A stretch of 64,000 nt of DNA from an uncultured Chloroflexia bacterium (GCA_963813335.1 CAWEYL010000003.1:32001-96000), one strand, 5' to 3'. Shown: positions 22,030-32,094, counted from the first letter of the stretch. Numbers and translations are program-made. The notes: generated by a model from the sequence alone, not told the origin.

Positions 22030-23376
22030 ATGCGCCGGCCGCCGCCGATCGCCCTGCGCCGCCCGCGACCGATCATGCGATTGCGTGACCGGCTCGCACT
22101 CGGGCGCCGCGTGCGCCTGCGTGGGCGGTTCCGCGGTCGGCGCGGGCTCCTGGCATTCCTCGCCGTGATGGGCCCCGGCCTGATCGCCGGCATCGCCGGC
22201 AACGACGCGGGCGGCATCACCACATACAGCGTGCTGGGCGCGGAGACGGGTCTCACGCTCCTCTGGCTGTTCCCGATCACGATCGTGATCCTGGCCATCG
22301 TCCAGGAGATGGCGGCGCGGCTCGGCGTCGTGACCGGCCAGGGGCTGTCCGACCTCATCCGCGACCGGTTCGGGGTCCGGCCCACGGCGTTCGCCATGTT
22401 GGTGCTGCTGGTCGCGAACGTGGCCAACACCGTCGCGGAGTTCTCGGGAGCGGCGGCGGCCCTCGAGATCTTCGGGATCTCGCGCTATCTCGCGGTGCCG
22501 ATCACCGCGATCGCCATCTGGGCGCTCGTGATCAAGGCCTCGTACAAGACCATCGAGCGCGTCTTCCTCTCGGTGATCGTGGTCTTCCTCGCCTACATCG
22601 CGTCGGCGATCCTCGCGCGGCCGGACTGGGGCGAGGTCGGCAAGGCGCTCGTGACGCCTTCGTTCGACTGGTCGACCACGACGCTGCTCCTGATGGTCGC
22701 GCTGGTGGGCACCACCGTGACCCCGTACATGCAGTTCTACCTGACCAGCGCGGTCGCCGAGAAGGGCATCGGCGAGGACGAGCTGAGCCTCGAGCGCGCC
22801 GACGCCATCGGCGGGTCGATCTGGACCAATGTCATCGCCATCTTCATCGTCGTCGCGACCGCGACGACCATCTACGCGACCGGCGGGTCCATCGAGACGG
22901 CCGCGGACGCGGCGGCCGGGCTCGAGCCGGTGGCCGGGAGGCTGGCCGAGGCGCTGTTCGCGGTGGGCCTGTTCGGGGCGAGCGTGCTGGCCGCGACGAT
23001 CATGCCGCTCTCGACAGCCTTCGTCGTGTGCGAGGCGTTCGGCTGGGAATCCGGCGTCGACCACCGCTTCTCGGACGCCCGGGCGTTCTTCTCGATCTAC
23101 ACGTTCGTGCTGGCCGTCGGCGCGCTGGTCGTGCTGATCCCGGGGCTGGACCTGCTGCCGCTGATCATCGGCTCGCAGAACCTGCAGGGCCTACTGCTGC
23201 CGGTCGTGCTGGTGTTCATGGTCGTGCTGGTCAATGACAAGCGGCTGATGGGCGACCACCGCAACGGCCGGACCGCCAACGTGCTGGCCTGGGGCGCTGT
23301 CGGGCTCGTGGTCGTGCTCGACGCGGTGCTCCTCGCGGTGAGCGCAGCCGGCGCGCTCGGGATCACGATCGCGTAG
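22030..23376 (+). CDS. NRAMP-related divalent metal transporter (Mg2+-type NRMT-like)
   Basis: GPGLIAGIAGNDAGGITTYS, QEMAARLGVVTGQGL, GTTVTPYMQFY; alternative start at 22075. Confidence 0.9.
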   Translation: MRRPPPIALRRPRPIMRLRDRLALGRRVRLRGRFRGRRGLLAFLAVMGPGLIAGIAGNDAGGITTYSVLGAETGLTLLWLFPITIVILAIVQEMAARLGVVTGQGLSDLIRDRFGVRPTAFAMLVLLVANVANTVAEFSGAAAALEIFGISRYLAVPITAIAIWALVIKASYKTIERVFLSVIVVFLAYIASAILARPDWGEVGKALVTPSFDWSTTTLLLMVALVGTTVTPYMQFYLTSAVAEKGIGEDELSLERADAIGGSIWTNVIAIFIVVATATTIYATGGSIETAADAAAGLEPVAGRLAEALFAVGLFGASVLAATIMPLSTAFVVCEAFGWESGVDHRFSDARAFFSIYTFVLAVGALVVLIPGLDLLPLIIGSQNLQGLLLPVVLVFMVVLVNDKRLMGDHRNGRTANVLAWGAVGLVVVLDAVLLAVSAAGALGITIA

Positions 23377-23421
23377 CAGCCCTCGCGACCCGTGCCGCCG
23401 GCCCGTGCTGCGTGACTACCC

Positions 23422-23609
23422 GGCCTAACGCTCACCCACGGAACGTTATGGTTGATCCGAGGGACGCAGCGCCCGGATCCGACCCGAGCCATGAGGTACG
23501 GGGGCGCCACGACCGGCAAGTCTGTGCTCAGGTTGCAGTGAGCGCCGGTTGCTGGATCGGGCGGCCAAGCAGCTACCCGCCATAAGGTTCTGTGGGCGAG
23601 CGTTGTGCC
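23422..23609. repeat. Dispersed intergenic element copy B (188 bp, 36-bp imperfect terminal inverted repeats)
   Basis: Left arm 23422-23457 GGCCTAACGCTCACCCACGGAACGTTATGGTTGATC; right arm 23574-23609 reverse complement GGCACAACGCTCGCCCACAGAACCTTATGGCGGGTA. Confidence 0.88.
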
Positions 23610-23708
23610 AGGTCCCGCGGCGCCATGACGGCCCGATCCCGGAGGCCGGGCGCCGGGAGGCCGGGGACCGCTCGAGCTGCCGCCATCGCCGCGCCGCGTG
23701 ACGATCGC

Positions 23709-25115
23709 CTAGCGGCCCTCGCCGGTCTCGACCGGGAGGCCCGCGGCGCGCCAGGCCGGGAAGCCGGCACCGACCCACGACGCGTGCTCGAAGCCGGACG
23801 CGCGCAGCAGCGAGGTGCCGATCGACGCGCGGAAGCCCGCCTCGCAGATCACCGCGATCGGGCGGTCGCGGGGCAGGTCGGCGAGGCGGTCCGGCAGCGA
23901 GCCGCCGTTGATGTGCCAGGCGCCCGGGACGTGGCCGGCCGCGTACTCGTTCATCTGCCGGACATCGATGACGAGCGGGGCCTCGGCGGCGCCCGAGCCC
24001 GCCAGCGCGGCGGCCAGCTCCTCGATCGACAGCCGGCCGCTGGCCTCGACCGGACGCCCGGACGCGGCCCACGCCTCGACCCCGCCGTCGAGATAGCCGG
24101 CCATGTCGTCACGTCCGATCCGGATCGCCTGGCGCATGAGCGGGTCGAGGTCACCGGGCCGCTCGGCGAGCAGCACGACCGGCCGGTCGAGGTCGACCAC
24201 CCAGCCGAGCCAGGTCCCGAACGAGTCCTCGAGCGGGATCGAGATCGAGCCAGGGATATGCCCGGCGACGTGGACCGCCGCCGGTCGCGCGTCGACGAGC
24301 GTCGCGCCCTCGTCCATGGCGGTCTCGACCGCCGCCGGGTCCAGCGGCGGCGGCATCGGGATCCGGCCACCCAGCAGCGGCGGCCCGCCCTGGTTCGCCG
24401 GGCGCATCCGCGCGAAGTAGCGCGGGATCGCCGGCTGGCCGGCGAGCAGCGCCCGCGCGAAGGCATCGACGTCCATCGGCGAGAGCAGCGGGTCGAACCG
24501 GCGCTCCTGGCCGAGCGTGGTGGTGGCCGCCTCGCCGATCCCGGTCGAGCACAGCGACCCGGCGCCGTGGGTCGGGTGGACGTGCGTGCCGTCGCCGAGC
24601 GGCAGCAGGACGTCGTGGATCGAGTGGTACATGTCGTGGGCGTACGCGACCGCATGGTCCGCGCCGAGCAGGTCGGTCCGCCCGACCGCGCCGACCAGGA
24701 TCGAGCCGCCGCTCAACAGCGTCCCCGGATCGTCGGACACCGACCCGTCGACGACCCGGTACGACACGTGCTCGGGCGTGTGCCCGGGCGTGTCGAGGAC
24801 CTCGAAGTGCAGCCGCCCGACGTCGAAGCCCGCCCCGCCCGCCAGCCCGGCGTGCTCGTAGCGGAGCTCGGCGCCCGCCCCGATCACGTGCGTCGCCCCT
24901 GTCAACGCCGCCAGGTCGCGCCCGCCCGACACGTAATCGTTGTGCAGGTGGGTCTCGACGACGTGGCTGATCCGCAGGCCTCGCTCGGCCGCGGCGGCCA
25001 GGTAGATGTCGACATCGCGCCGCGGATCGACGATCGCGGCGACGCCCGCGTCCTCGTCCGCGATGAGCGTCGACAGGTGGCCCAGCCCGCGGATCGAGAA
25101 CGACTCGAGTCGCAT
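23709..25115 (-). CDS. MBL-fold hydrolase fused to rhodanese domains (persulfide dioxygenase/sulfurtransferase-like)
   Basis: ETHLHNDYVSG, TPGHTPEH, HPTHGAGSLC, two rhodanese domains with CEAGFRAS active loop. Confidence 0.9.
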   Translation of the reverse strand: MRLESFSIRGLGHLSTLIADEDAGVAAIVDPRRDVDIYLAAAAERGLRISHVVETHLHNDYVSGGRDLAALTGATHVIGAGAELRYEHAGLAGGAGFDVGRLHFEVLDTPGHTPEHVSYRVVDGSVSDDPGTLLSGGSILVGAVGRTDLLGADHAVAYAHDMYHSIHDVLLPLGDGTHVHPTHGAGSLCSTGIGEAATTTLGQERRFDPLLSPMDVDAFARALLAGQPAIPRYFARMRPANQGGPPLLGGRIPMPPPLDPAAVETAMDEGATLVDARPAAVHVAGHIPGSISIPLEDSFGTWLGWVVDLDRPVVLLAERPGDLDPLMRQAIRIGRDDMAGYLDGGVEAWAASGRPVEASGRLSIEELAAALAGSGAAEAPLVIDVRQMNEYAAGHVPGAWHINGGSLPDRLADLPRDRPIAVICEAGFRASIGTSLLRASGFEHASWVGAGFPAWRAAGLPVETGEGR

Positions 25116-25118
25116 CCG

Positions 25119-25868
25119 CTACATCATCACGAGGCCGCCGTCGACCGCCAGCACGTGGCCGGTGATGTACCCGGCCTCGTCCGAGGCGAGGAACGCGACG
25201 GCGTCGGCGATCTCCTGGGTGGTGCCGAAGCGCGCGAGCGGCGTGCGGTTGGTGATCTCGTCCATGAGCGGCTGCGGCAGGTCCTGGGTCAGCTCGGTCA
25301 GCACGAACCCTGGCGCGACGGCGTTGACCGTGATCCCGCGCGAGGCGAGCTCGCGGGCGGAGGCCTTGGTCAGCCCGATCAGCCCGGCCTTCGCCGACGA
25401 GTAGTTCGCCTGGCCCATCTGGCCGGCCTGGCCGGACACCGAGGTGATGTTGACGATCCGCCCGGCGCGCGCCTTGAGCATCGGCCGGGTCACGGCCTTG
25501 GTCATCCAGAACGCCCCGAAGAGGTTGGTCTCGAGGACTTCGCGCCAGGCCTCCTCGGTCATCCGCATGATCAGGTCGTCGCGGGTGACGCCGGCGTTGT
25601 TGACGAGGATATCGACCTTCCCGAACGCCTCGAGCACGGCCTTGACGACGCCGTCGGCGGCCTCCGGCGCGCGGGCATCGGCCTGGATCGAGACCGCCCG
25701 GCGGCCGAGCCCTTCGATGATGGCCACGGTCTCCGCGGCCGCCGCGGCATTGCCCTTGTACGTGAACGCCACGTCCGCGCCCTGCGTCGCGAGGCGGGTC
25801 GCGATCGCGCGGCCGATCCCCCGCGAGCCGCCGGTCACGAGGGCGCTCTTGCCGGTCAGGTCGATCAT
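25119..25868 (-). CDS. fabG: 3-oxoacyl-ACP reductase
   Basis: TGGSRGIG, NNAGVTRD, YSSAKAG, NAVAPGF; fab operon context. Confidence 0.95.
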   Translation of the reverse strand: MIDLTGKSALVTGGSRGIGRAIATRLATQGADVAFTYKGNAAAAAETVAIIEGLGRRAVSIQADARAPEAADGVVKAVLEAFGKVDILVNNAGVTRDDLIMRMTEEAWREVLETNLFGAFWMTKAVTRPMLKARAGRIVNITSVSGQAGQMGQANYSSAKAGLIGLTKASARELASRGITVNAVAPGFVLTELTQDLPQPLMDEITNRTPLARFGTTQEIADAVAFLASDEAGYITGHVLAVDGGLVMM

Positions 25869-27061
25869 GCGTGCGTCTCCTGGCGGGCGGGCCCGGGCTC
25901 GCCGGGGACGACATCGTCGAGCGGGACGTCGACCGTGCCGGGCTGGGCCATGATGCGCGCGAGCGCGTCGGGGATCGGGTCCACCGAGTCCCAGTCGACC
26001 GGCGCCCGGATGACGAGGTCCGCCGGGTCGACGGCCGCGTCGCCGGCGATCCCGCGTGCCGGGTCGGCGGTCCATTCGATCGTCACCGCGCCGCTCGTGA
26101 AGCCGGCCCCGAAGGCCACGATCACGATCCGGTCGCCGACCTTGACCCGGCCCTCGTTGACCGCCTCGGCCAGGGCGATCGGCACGGACGCGGCCGACGT
26201 GTTCCCGTATTTGTGGAGGTTGACGAACATCTTCTCCATCGGCAGGTCCAGGCCCTTGGCCACCGCGTCGATGATGCGGATGTTGGCCTGGTGCGGGATG
26301 AACAGGTCGATGTCGGACGGCTGGAGGCCGGCCTTCCGGATCGACTCGAGCGCCGTGGACGCCAGCGTCCGCGTCGCGAACCGATAGGTCTCCTTGCCCT
26401 CCATCCGGATGTAGTGCTCGCCGCGGGCGATGGTGTCGGCCGAGGGCGGGCTCTTGGCGCCGCCGGCGGGCAGCCAGATCATGTAGGCGCCCTGCGGCTC
26501 GGTCGTCATCTCGATGCCGAGCCCGCCGCCCGGCTCGTCCGACGCGGACAGGACGACCGCCCCGGCCCCGTCGCCGAAGAGGATGCAGGTGTTGCGGTCC
26601 GTGTAGTCGAGGAAGCGGGTCAGCAGCTCGGCCCCGATGACCAGCACGTGCTTCGCCAGCCCGCTCGTGATGTAGGCGTGCGCGGTCGCGTACGCGTAGA
26701 CGAAGCCGGAGCATGCCGCGGCGACGTCCATCGCGGCGGCCTTCGTGTTGCCGATGGCCTCCTTGACCAGCGCCGCGGTCGAGGGCATCCAGTAGTCGGG
26801 CGTCAGCGTGGCGAGCAGGATCAGGTCGATGTCGTCCGGCTCGATGCCGGCCGTGCGGATCGCGCGCATCGACGCGACCGCGGCCATCGAGGCGGTCGTC
26901 TCGTGCGCGGCCGCGACCCGTCGCTCGCGGATCCCGGTGCGGGTGACGATCCACTCATCCGAGGTATCGACGATCCGCTCGAGGTCCTGGTTGGTGAGCA
27001 CCTGCGACGGGGCGTAGCGGCCCCAGCCGGTGACATGGGCGTAGCGCGCGACCTGACTCAC
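25865..27061 (-). CDS. fabH: 3-oxoacyl-ACP synthase III
   Basis: TSDEWIVTRTGIRERR, AACSGF, LFGDGAGA, PHQAN, YGNTSAAS. Confidence 0.96.
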   Translation of the reverse strand: MSQVARYAHVTGWGRYAPSQVLTNQDLERIVDTSDEWIVTRTGIRERRVAAAHETTASMAAVASMRAIRTAGIEPDDIDLILLATLTPDYWMPSTAALVKEAIGNTKAAAMDVAAACSGFVYAYATAHAYITSGLAKHVLVIGAELLTRFLDYTDRNTCILFGDGAGAVVLSASDEPGGGLGIEMTTEPQGAYMIWLPAGGAKSPPSADTIARGEHYIRMEGKETYRFATRTLASTALESIRKAGLQPSDIDLFIPHQANIRIIDAVAKGLDLPMEKMFVNLHKYGNTSAASVPIALAEAVNEGRVKVGDRIVIVAFGAGFTSGAVTIEWTADPARGIAGDAAVDPADLVIRAPVDWDSVDPIPDALARIMAQPGTVDVPLDDVVPGEPGPARQETHA

Positions 27062-27609
27062 AGCGGTTCCACCTCGACCAGTGGCTGCTTCGCCTTGACC
27101 AGTGTGCCGCTTTCGGGGATGACCTTGACCACGCGGCCGGCCAGGTCCGACTTGATCTCGTTGAACAGCTTCATCGCCTCGATCAGCCCCACCACCTGCC
27201 CGACCGCGATCTCGCCGCCGACGGTCACGTAGGGGGCCGAACCGGGCGCCGGCGAGCCGTAGAAGATGCCGGTCAGCGGCGCCTTGACCGATGGCTTCGA
27301 CGGTGCGCCCGGGTCGCGACCGGCCGCGGCCGGCTCGCCGGGACCGTGCCCGTCGGCGGAGGCCGCCACCGCGGCCGACGGCGGCGCCGGCTCCGCGACC
27401 GCGGTCGCGAACGCGGACGGCTTGCGCAGGACGAGCCCGGTCCCGCCCGACTCGACCTCGAGCTCGGTCAGGTCCGACCGGTCGAGGAGGTCCGCGAGCC
27501 GGTCGATGAGCGCCAGCAGCCCGGCGTCGCCGTCGTCGCGGACCGCGACCTCGGCCGGCGCCTCCGGCTCGGGGACGGCCCCGTCCGGGGCCTTCTCCTT
27601 GCCGGTCAT
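27058..27609 (-). CDS. accB: Acetyl-CoA carboxylase biotin carboxyl carrier protein
   Basis: SDLTELEVE N-terminal motif; APLTGIFY; intact IEAMKLFNEI biotinylation motif; ATG overlaps the fabF stop. Confidence 0.93.
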   Translation of the reverse strand: MTGKEKAPDGAVPEPEAPAEVAVRDDGDAGLLALIDRLADLLDRSDLTELEVESGGTGLVLRKPSAFATAVAEPAPPSAAVAASADGHGPGEPAAAGRDPGAPSKPSVKAPLTGIFYGSPAPGSAPYVTVGGEIAVGQVVGLIEAMKLFNEIKSDLAGRVVKVIPESGTLVKAKQPLVEVEPL

Positions 27610-28862
27610 GCGTCGAACCGGGTGAAGACGAGCGCCGTGTTCTGGCCGCCGAAGCCGAAGGAGTTGCTGATCGCCGTCCGGATCTCGCGCGACGCGGCGA
27701 CGTTCGGCGTCAGGTCCAGGCCGACGCTCTCCGGGTCCGGGTCGACGAGGTTGATGGTCGGCGGCACGCAGCCGGTCAGGATCGACTGGATCGTGACGAT
27801 CGCCTCGATCGCGCCCGCGGCCCCGAGGGTGTGCCCGAGCATCGACTTGTTCGCCGTGATCGCCACCCGGGACGCGCCGTCGCCGAAGATCGTGCGCATC
27901 GCCTGGAGCTCGGCCTTGTCGCCCTCCGGGGTCGAGGTGGCGTGGGCGTTGACGTGGTCGATGTCGGCCGGCTCGAGCCCGGCCTTGCCGAGCGCGATCC
28001 GGGCGGCGCGCACCGCACCGATGCCGCCCGGCGCCGGCAGCGTGATGTGCGAGGCGTCCGCCGTCGCGCCGTAGCCCACGAGCTCGGCATAGATGGTCGC
28101 CCCGCGCGCCTCGGCGTGCTCGAGGGCCTCGAGGATCACGACGCCGGACCCCTCGCCGATGACGAACCCGTCGCGTCCGGAATCGAACGGGCGCGAGGCG
28201 CCTTCCGGGTCGTCGTTCCGGGTCGACAGCGCGCGCATCGCCGCGAACCCGCCGACGAGCGGCTCGAAGATGCCGGCCTCGGTGCCGCCCGCGACCATGA
28301 CGTCGGCGTCGCCGCGGCGGATGATCTCCGACGATTCGCCGAGGGCGTGGCCGCCCGAGGCACAGGCCGAGACCGTCGTGAAGTTCGGGCCGGTCATCCC
28401 GAACGAGATCGCGATCTGGCCGGCACCGATGTTGGGGATGCCCATCGGGACGAGGAACGGGCTGATGCGGTCCGGACCGCGCAAGGCGTTCGTGGAGATG
28501 CCCTCGACGAGCGTCCCGACGCCGCCCAGCCCGGTGGCGAGGATCACCCCGGTCCGCTCGGCGAGCTCGCCCTCGAACCGCGCCGGGAGCCCCGCCTGGT
28601 CGAGCGCCTCGCGGGCGGCCACGAGCCCGAACTGGATGTAGCGGTCGGTCCGCCGGATGTCCTTCCTGTCGAGGATGTGCGACGCGTCGAAGTCGCGGAC
28701 CTCGGCGGCGATCCGCGAGGTCAGCCGCGACGGGTCCCAGGCCTCGATGGTGCGCACGCCGGACCGGCCGGCGACGAGGCCCGCCCAGGTCGTCGCCACG
28801 TCGTTGCCGAGGGCCGTCACGGCCCCCATCCCGGTCACGACCACGCGCCGCCGCTCGCTCAT
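27606..28862 (-). CDS. fabF: 3-oxoacyl-ACP synthase II
   Basis: RRVVVTGMG, SACASG, NAHATST, KSMLGHTLGAAG, SNSFGFGGQN. Confidence 0.96.
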   Translation of the reverse strand: MSERRRVVVTGMGAVTALGNDVATTWAGLVAGRSGVRTIEAWDPSRLTSRIAAEVRDFDASHILDRKDIRRTDRYIQFGLVAAREALDQAGLPARFEGELAERTGVILATGLGGVGTLVEGISTNALRGPDRISPFLVPMGIPNIGAGQIAISFGMTGPNFTTVSACASGGHALGESSEIIRRGDADVMVAGGTEAGIFEPLVGGFAAMRALSTRNDDPEGASRPFDSGRDGFVIGEGSGVVILEALEHAEARGATIYAELVGYGATADASHITLPAPGGIGAVRAARIALGKAGLEPADIDHVNAHATSTPEGDKAELQAMRTIFGDGASRVAITANKSMLGHTLGAAGAIEAIVTIQSILTGCVPPTINLVDPDPESVGLDLTPNVAASREIRTAISNSFGFGGQNTALVFTRFDA

Positions 28863-29605
28863 CGCACGAGCTTGCCGGTGCGGACCGTGGCCGCGCGATA
28901 GACGTCGCCGGGGAGGCCGCGTGCCGAGATCGCGTTGGCGACCGAGAGCGCGTCGAACTCGGTCCGCTTGATCTCCGCCTCGACGTTGCCGTCGACCAGG
29001 TCGACCAGCGCCCAGGACGCCGTCGGGTCGCCATCGAAGACGTAGCCCGCCGACCCGGCGTTCACGATGATCTTCCAGCCCAGGTCGCGCACCTCGGGGA
29101 GGTGGGTGTGGCCGCAGGCGATGACCCGCGCGTCGGTCCGCGACACCCGCTCGAGGATGACGTTGGGGTCGAGCGCCTGGTCGAAGCCCGCGGTCTGCGA
29201 CCCGGGGGACGCGTGGCAGGCGAGGATCAGCGTGTCGTCGGTCGAGCGCGCCCGGCGCTCGTTCGGGAGGCGGCGCAGCCAGGCCAGCCGCTCGTCGCCG
29301 AGCGCGTCGTTGGCCCATTCGGCCGCGGCGAGGTACGTCTCGGGGACGCCGTCGGTCATCCACGGGAACGCCGCGGCGTAGTCGAAGTCGGCGACCGCGA
29401 CGTCCGTGTTCCCGGCGACCACCATCGCGCCGTCGGACTCCATCGTCCGCAGCAGGTCGATCACGCCGGCCGGGTCCGGTCCGTTGTAGACGAGGTCGCC
29501 GGCGACCGCGACGAGGTCCGGCCGGCTCGCGTGGACCGCCTTGCGGACGGCCTCGAGCGCCGGGAGGTTGCCGTGGATGTCGGAGATGATCGCGAGCCGG
29601 GTCAT
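28859..29605 (-). CDS. Calcineurin-like metallophosphoesterase (YfcE-like)
   Basis: SDIHGN, GDLV, GNTD, CHASP, CGHTH, NAGSAG motifs; start and stop overlap fabZ and fabF. Confidence 0.9.
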   Translation of the reverse strand: MTRLAIISDIHGNLPALEAVRKAVHASRPDLVAVAGDLVYNGPDPAGVIDLLRTMESDGAMVVAGNTDVAVADFDYAAAFPWMTDGVPETYLAAAEWANDALGDERLAWLRRLPNERRARSTDDTLILACHASPGSQTAGFDQALDPNVILERVSRTDARVIACGHTHLPEVRDLGWKIIVNAGSAGYVFDGDPTASWALVDLVDGNVEAEIKRTEFDALSVANAISARGLPGDVYRAATVRTGKLVR

Positions 29606-30069
29606 CGGAGCACGCCCTCGCCCGGGATGATGAAGCTGATCGTGGTCTCGCAGGCGACCTCGCCGTCGACGCTGGCGACGCCGCGGCCGCGCCCGAAGCG
29701 GCCACCGAGCTTCTCCATCGTGACCTCGAGGCGGAGCGTGTCGCCCGGCACGACGATCCGCTTGAAGCGCGTGTCGTCGATCCCCGCGAAGAGCCCGATC
29801 CGGTCCCCGAAGCCGGGCTGCTTGGCGACGTAGATCGCCATGGTCTGGGCGAGCGCCTCCACCTGGAGGACGCCCGGCATGACCGGCAGGCCCGGGAAGT
29901 GGCCCTGGAAGAACCACTCCGTGGCGGTGACGCCCTTGATCCCCACGATCCGCTTCGCCTCGGGCTCGTACTCGACGATCCGGTCGACGAGGAGGAACGG
30001 CCAGCGATGCGGGATCAGTGCTTCGATCTCGCGGACCGAGTGGATCGTGGCGGGTGGCGCGTCGGTCAC
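29602..30069 (-). CDS. fabZ: 3-hydroxyacyl-ACP dehydratase
   Basis: IPHRWPFLLVDRI, FFQGHFPGLPVMPGVLQVEALAQ. Confidence 0.95.
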   Translation of the reverse strand: MTDAPPATIHSVREIEALIPHRWPFLLVDRIVEYEPEAKRIVGIKGVTATEWFFQGHFPGLPVMPGVLQVEALAQTMAIYVAKQPGFGDRIGLFAGIDDTRFKRIVVPGDTLRLEVTMEKLGGRFGRGRGVASVDGEVACETTISFIIPGEGVLR

Positions 30070-30148
30070 GGACAGCTCCTGGGGTGGGTTGACGGTCAGT
30101 CTGGCCGCTGCCGCGCGGGCCGAGCGGCGAGATGCGTGCAGGTATGCA

Positions 30149-31520
30149 TCACGTACGGGCGGCGGCGGTCAGGAAGGCGGCGCTCCCGATGCGGTCGAGC
30201 AGGTTCGTCGTGAACCGCCCGTCCAGGAAGACCTCGTTGGCCAGCAGGGCGCGCTGGATCGCGACGTTCGTGACGAGGCCGTCGATGACGAGCTCCTCGA
30301 GGGCCACCCGCCCGCGGGCGATGGCCGTCGCCCGGTCCGGGCCCCAGACGACCAGCTTGCCGAGGAGCGAGTCGTAGAACGGCGGGACTTCGTAGCCGGT
30401 GTACAGGTGCGAGTCCATCCGGACCCCGGGCCCGCCGGGCGCGTGGTAGCGCTCGACGATGCCGGCACCCGGGCGGAAGTCCGCCTCGGGATCCTCGGCG
30501 TTGATGCGGAACTCGATGACGTGGCCGCTGAACGCGACGTCCGCCTGGCTGAACCCGAGCGGCTCCCCGGCCGCGATGCGGATCTGGGTCGTCAGGAGGT
30601 CGATCCCGGTCAGCATCTCGGTGACCGGGTGCTCGACCTGGACGCGGCAGTTGATCTCGATGAAGTAGAAGCCGCCCGCGCTGTCCACCAGGAACTCGAG
30701 CGTCCCGACGTTCTCGTAGCCGGCCGCCACGACCGCCCGGAGGGCCCGCTCGGCGAGGTCCGCGCGAGCCGCCTCGGACAGCGCCGGCGTCGGCGCCTCC
30801 TCGAGGATCTTCTGGTGGCGGCGCTGGACGGAGCAGTCGCGCTCGCCGAGGTGGACGCCGTGGCCGTAGCGGTCGACCGCGACCTGGACCTCGACGTGGC
30901 GGTTCTCGTCGAGCCACTTCTCGAGGTAGAGCGAGTCGTCGCCGAAGGCCGCCTTCGCCTCGGAGCGGCAGACCTTGAGCACCGATTCGAGCTCGCGGGC
31001 CGTGCGCACCATGCGCATCCCCTTGCCGCCACCGCCCGCCGACGGCTTGATGAGGACCGGGTAACCGAGCCGCTCCGCCTCCGCGAGGGCGTGGGTCTCA
31101 TCGCGGAGCATGCCGTCGGAGCCCGGGATCGTCGGCAGGCCGTGCGCGCCCAGCAGCCGGCGGGTCGCCTCCTTGCTGGCGAACCGCTCGAGGACCGGGC
31201 CGGGCGGGCCGATGAAGGTGATGCCGTGGGCCGCGACGACGTCGGCGAAGCCCTCGTCCTCGGACAGGAAGCCGTAGCCCGGGTGGATGCCGTCGCAGCC
31301 GGTCACCAATGCGGCCGAGATGACCGCCGGCGCCGACAGGTACGAGCGCTTGGCGTCGGCCGGGCCGATGCAGATCGCCTCGTCGGCGAGCTGGACCGGC
31401 AGCGAGTCGCGGTCCGCCTCGCTGTAGGCCACGACCGCCTCGACACCGAGCGTCCGGCACGCCGCGCAGGATGCGCAGGGCGATCTCGCCGCGGTTGGCG
31501 ATGAGGATCTTGCGGAACAT
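30149..31520 (-). CDS. accC: Biotin carboxylase; apparent frameshift at ~31462
   Basis: MFRKILIANRGEIALRI joins to HPGYGFLSE, GGGGKGMR, ERDCSVQRRHQK, RVQVEHPVTE. Confidence 0.95.
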
Positions 31521-31523
31521 CGG

Positions 31524-32091
31524 TCAGGCGTCCCCGCCCGGGGCCGCGGCCGTGACGAGCTCGATGACGATCAGCTCCTGGCCGTATTCGACCGCGTCGC
31601 CGGGCTCGACGAGGCTCGCCCCGACCAGGCCGTCGACCGGGGTCACGACCTCCTGGGCGACCCCGAGCATGTCGACGATGCCGAGCCGGTCGCCGGCGCG
31701 GACCTTGGTCCCGGCACGGACCCCCGTCCGCGGCTGGAAGATGCCGACCGCCGGCGAGGTCGCGACGGAGCGGCGCGGGTCCGCACCGTCACGCCCATCA
31801 CGGCCGTCCCGGCCGGGGCCGACCGGCGTCAGCGTGGCGACCGCCGGATGGCTCGCGTGCGCTGACGATCCGCGGCTCGACCGCTCCGAGGAGCGCTTGC
31901 CGGCAGGGGTGGCCGGGCGGCGCAGGCGGACCTTCCAGTCGCCCTCGCGGACCTCGAGCTCGCCGAGGCCGGTCGCCGCGAGCTTGGCGATCAGCGCCGG
32001 CAGCAGCTCGTCGCGCGAGGCGATCGATGGCGGCGTGGTCCTCGGCCCGCTGGGACGAGGCGTCGGCGTCCTGGGGTGGCGTTCCGGGCAC
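31524..32091 (-). CDS. BCCP-like protein lacking the biotinylated lysine (BADC-like); apparent frameshift at ~32015
   Basis: AccB-like GLGELEVREGDWKVRLRR and biotinyl-domain SPAVGIF...GDAVEYGQEL, but IVDMLGV replaces IEAMKL. Confidence 0.85.
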
Positions 32092-32094
32092 TCG

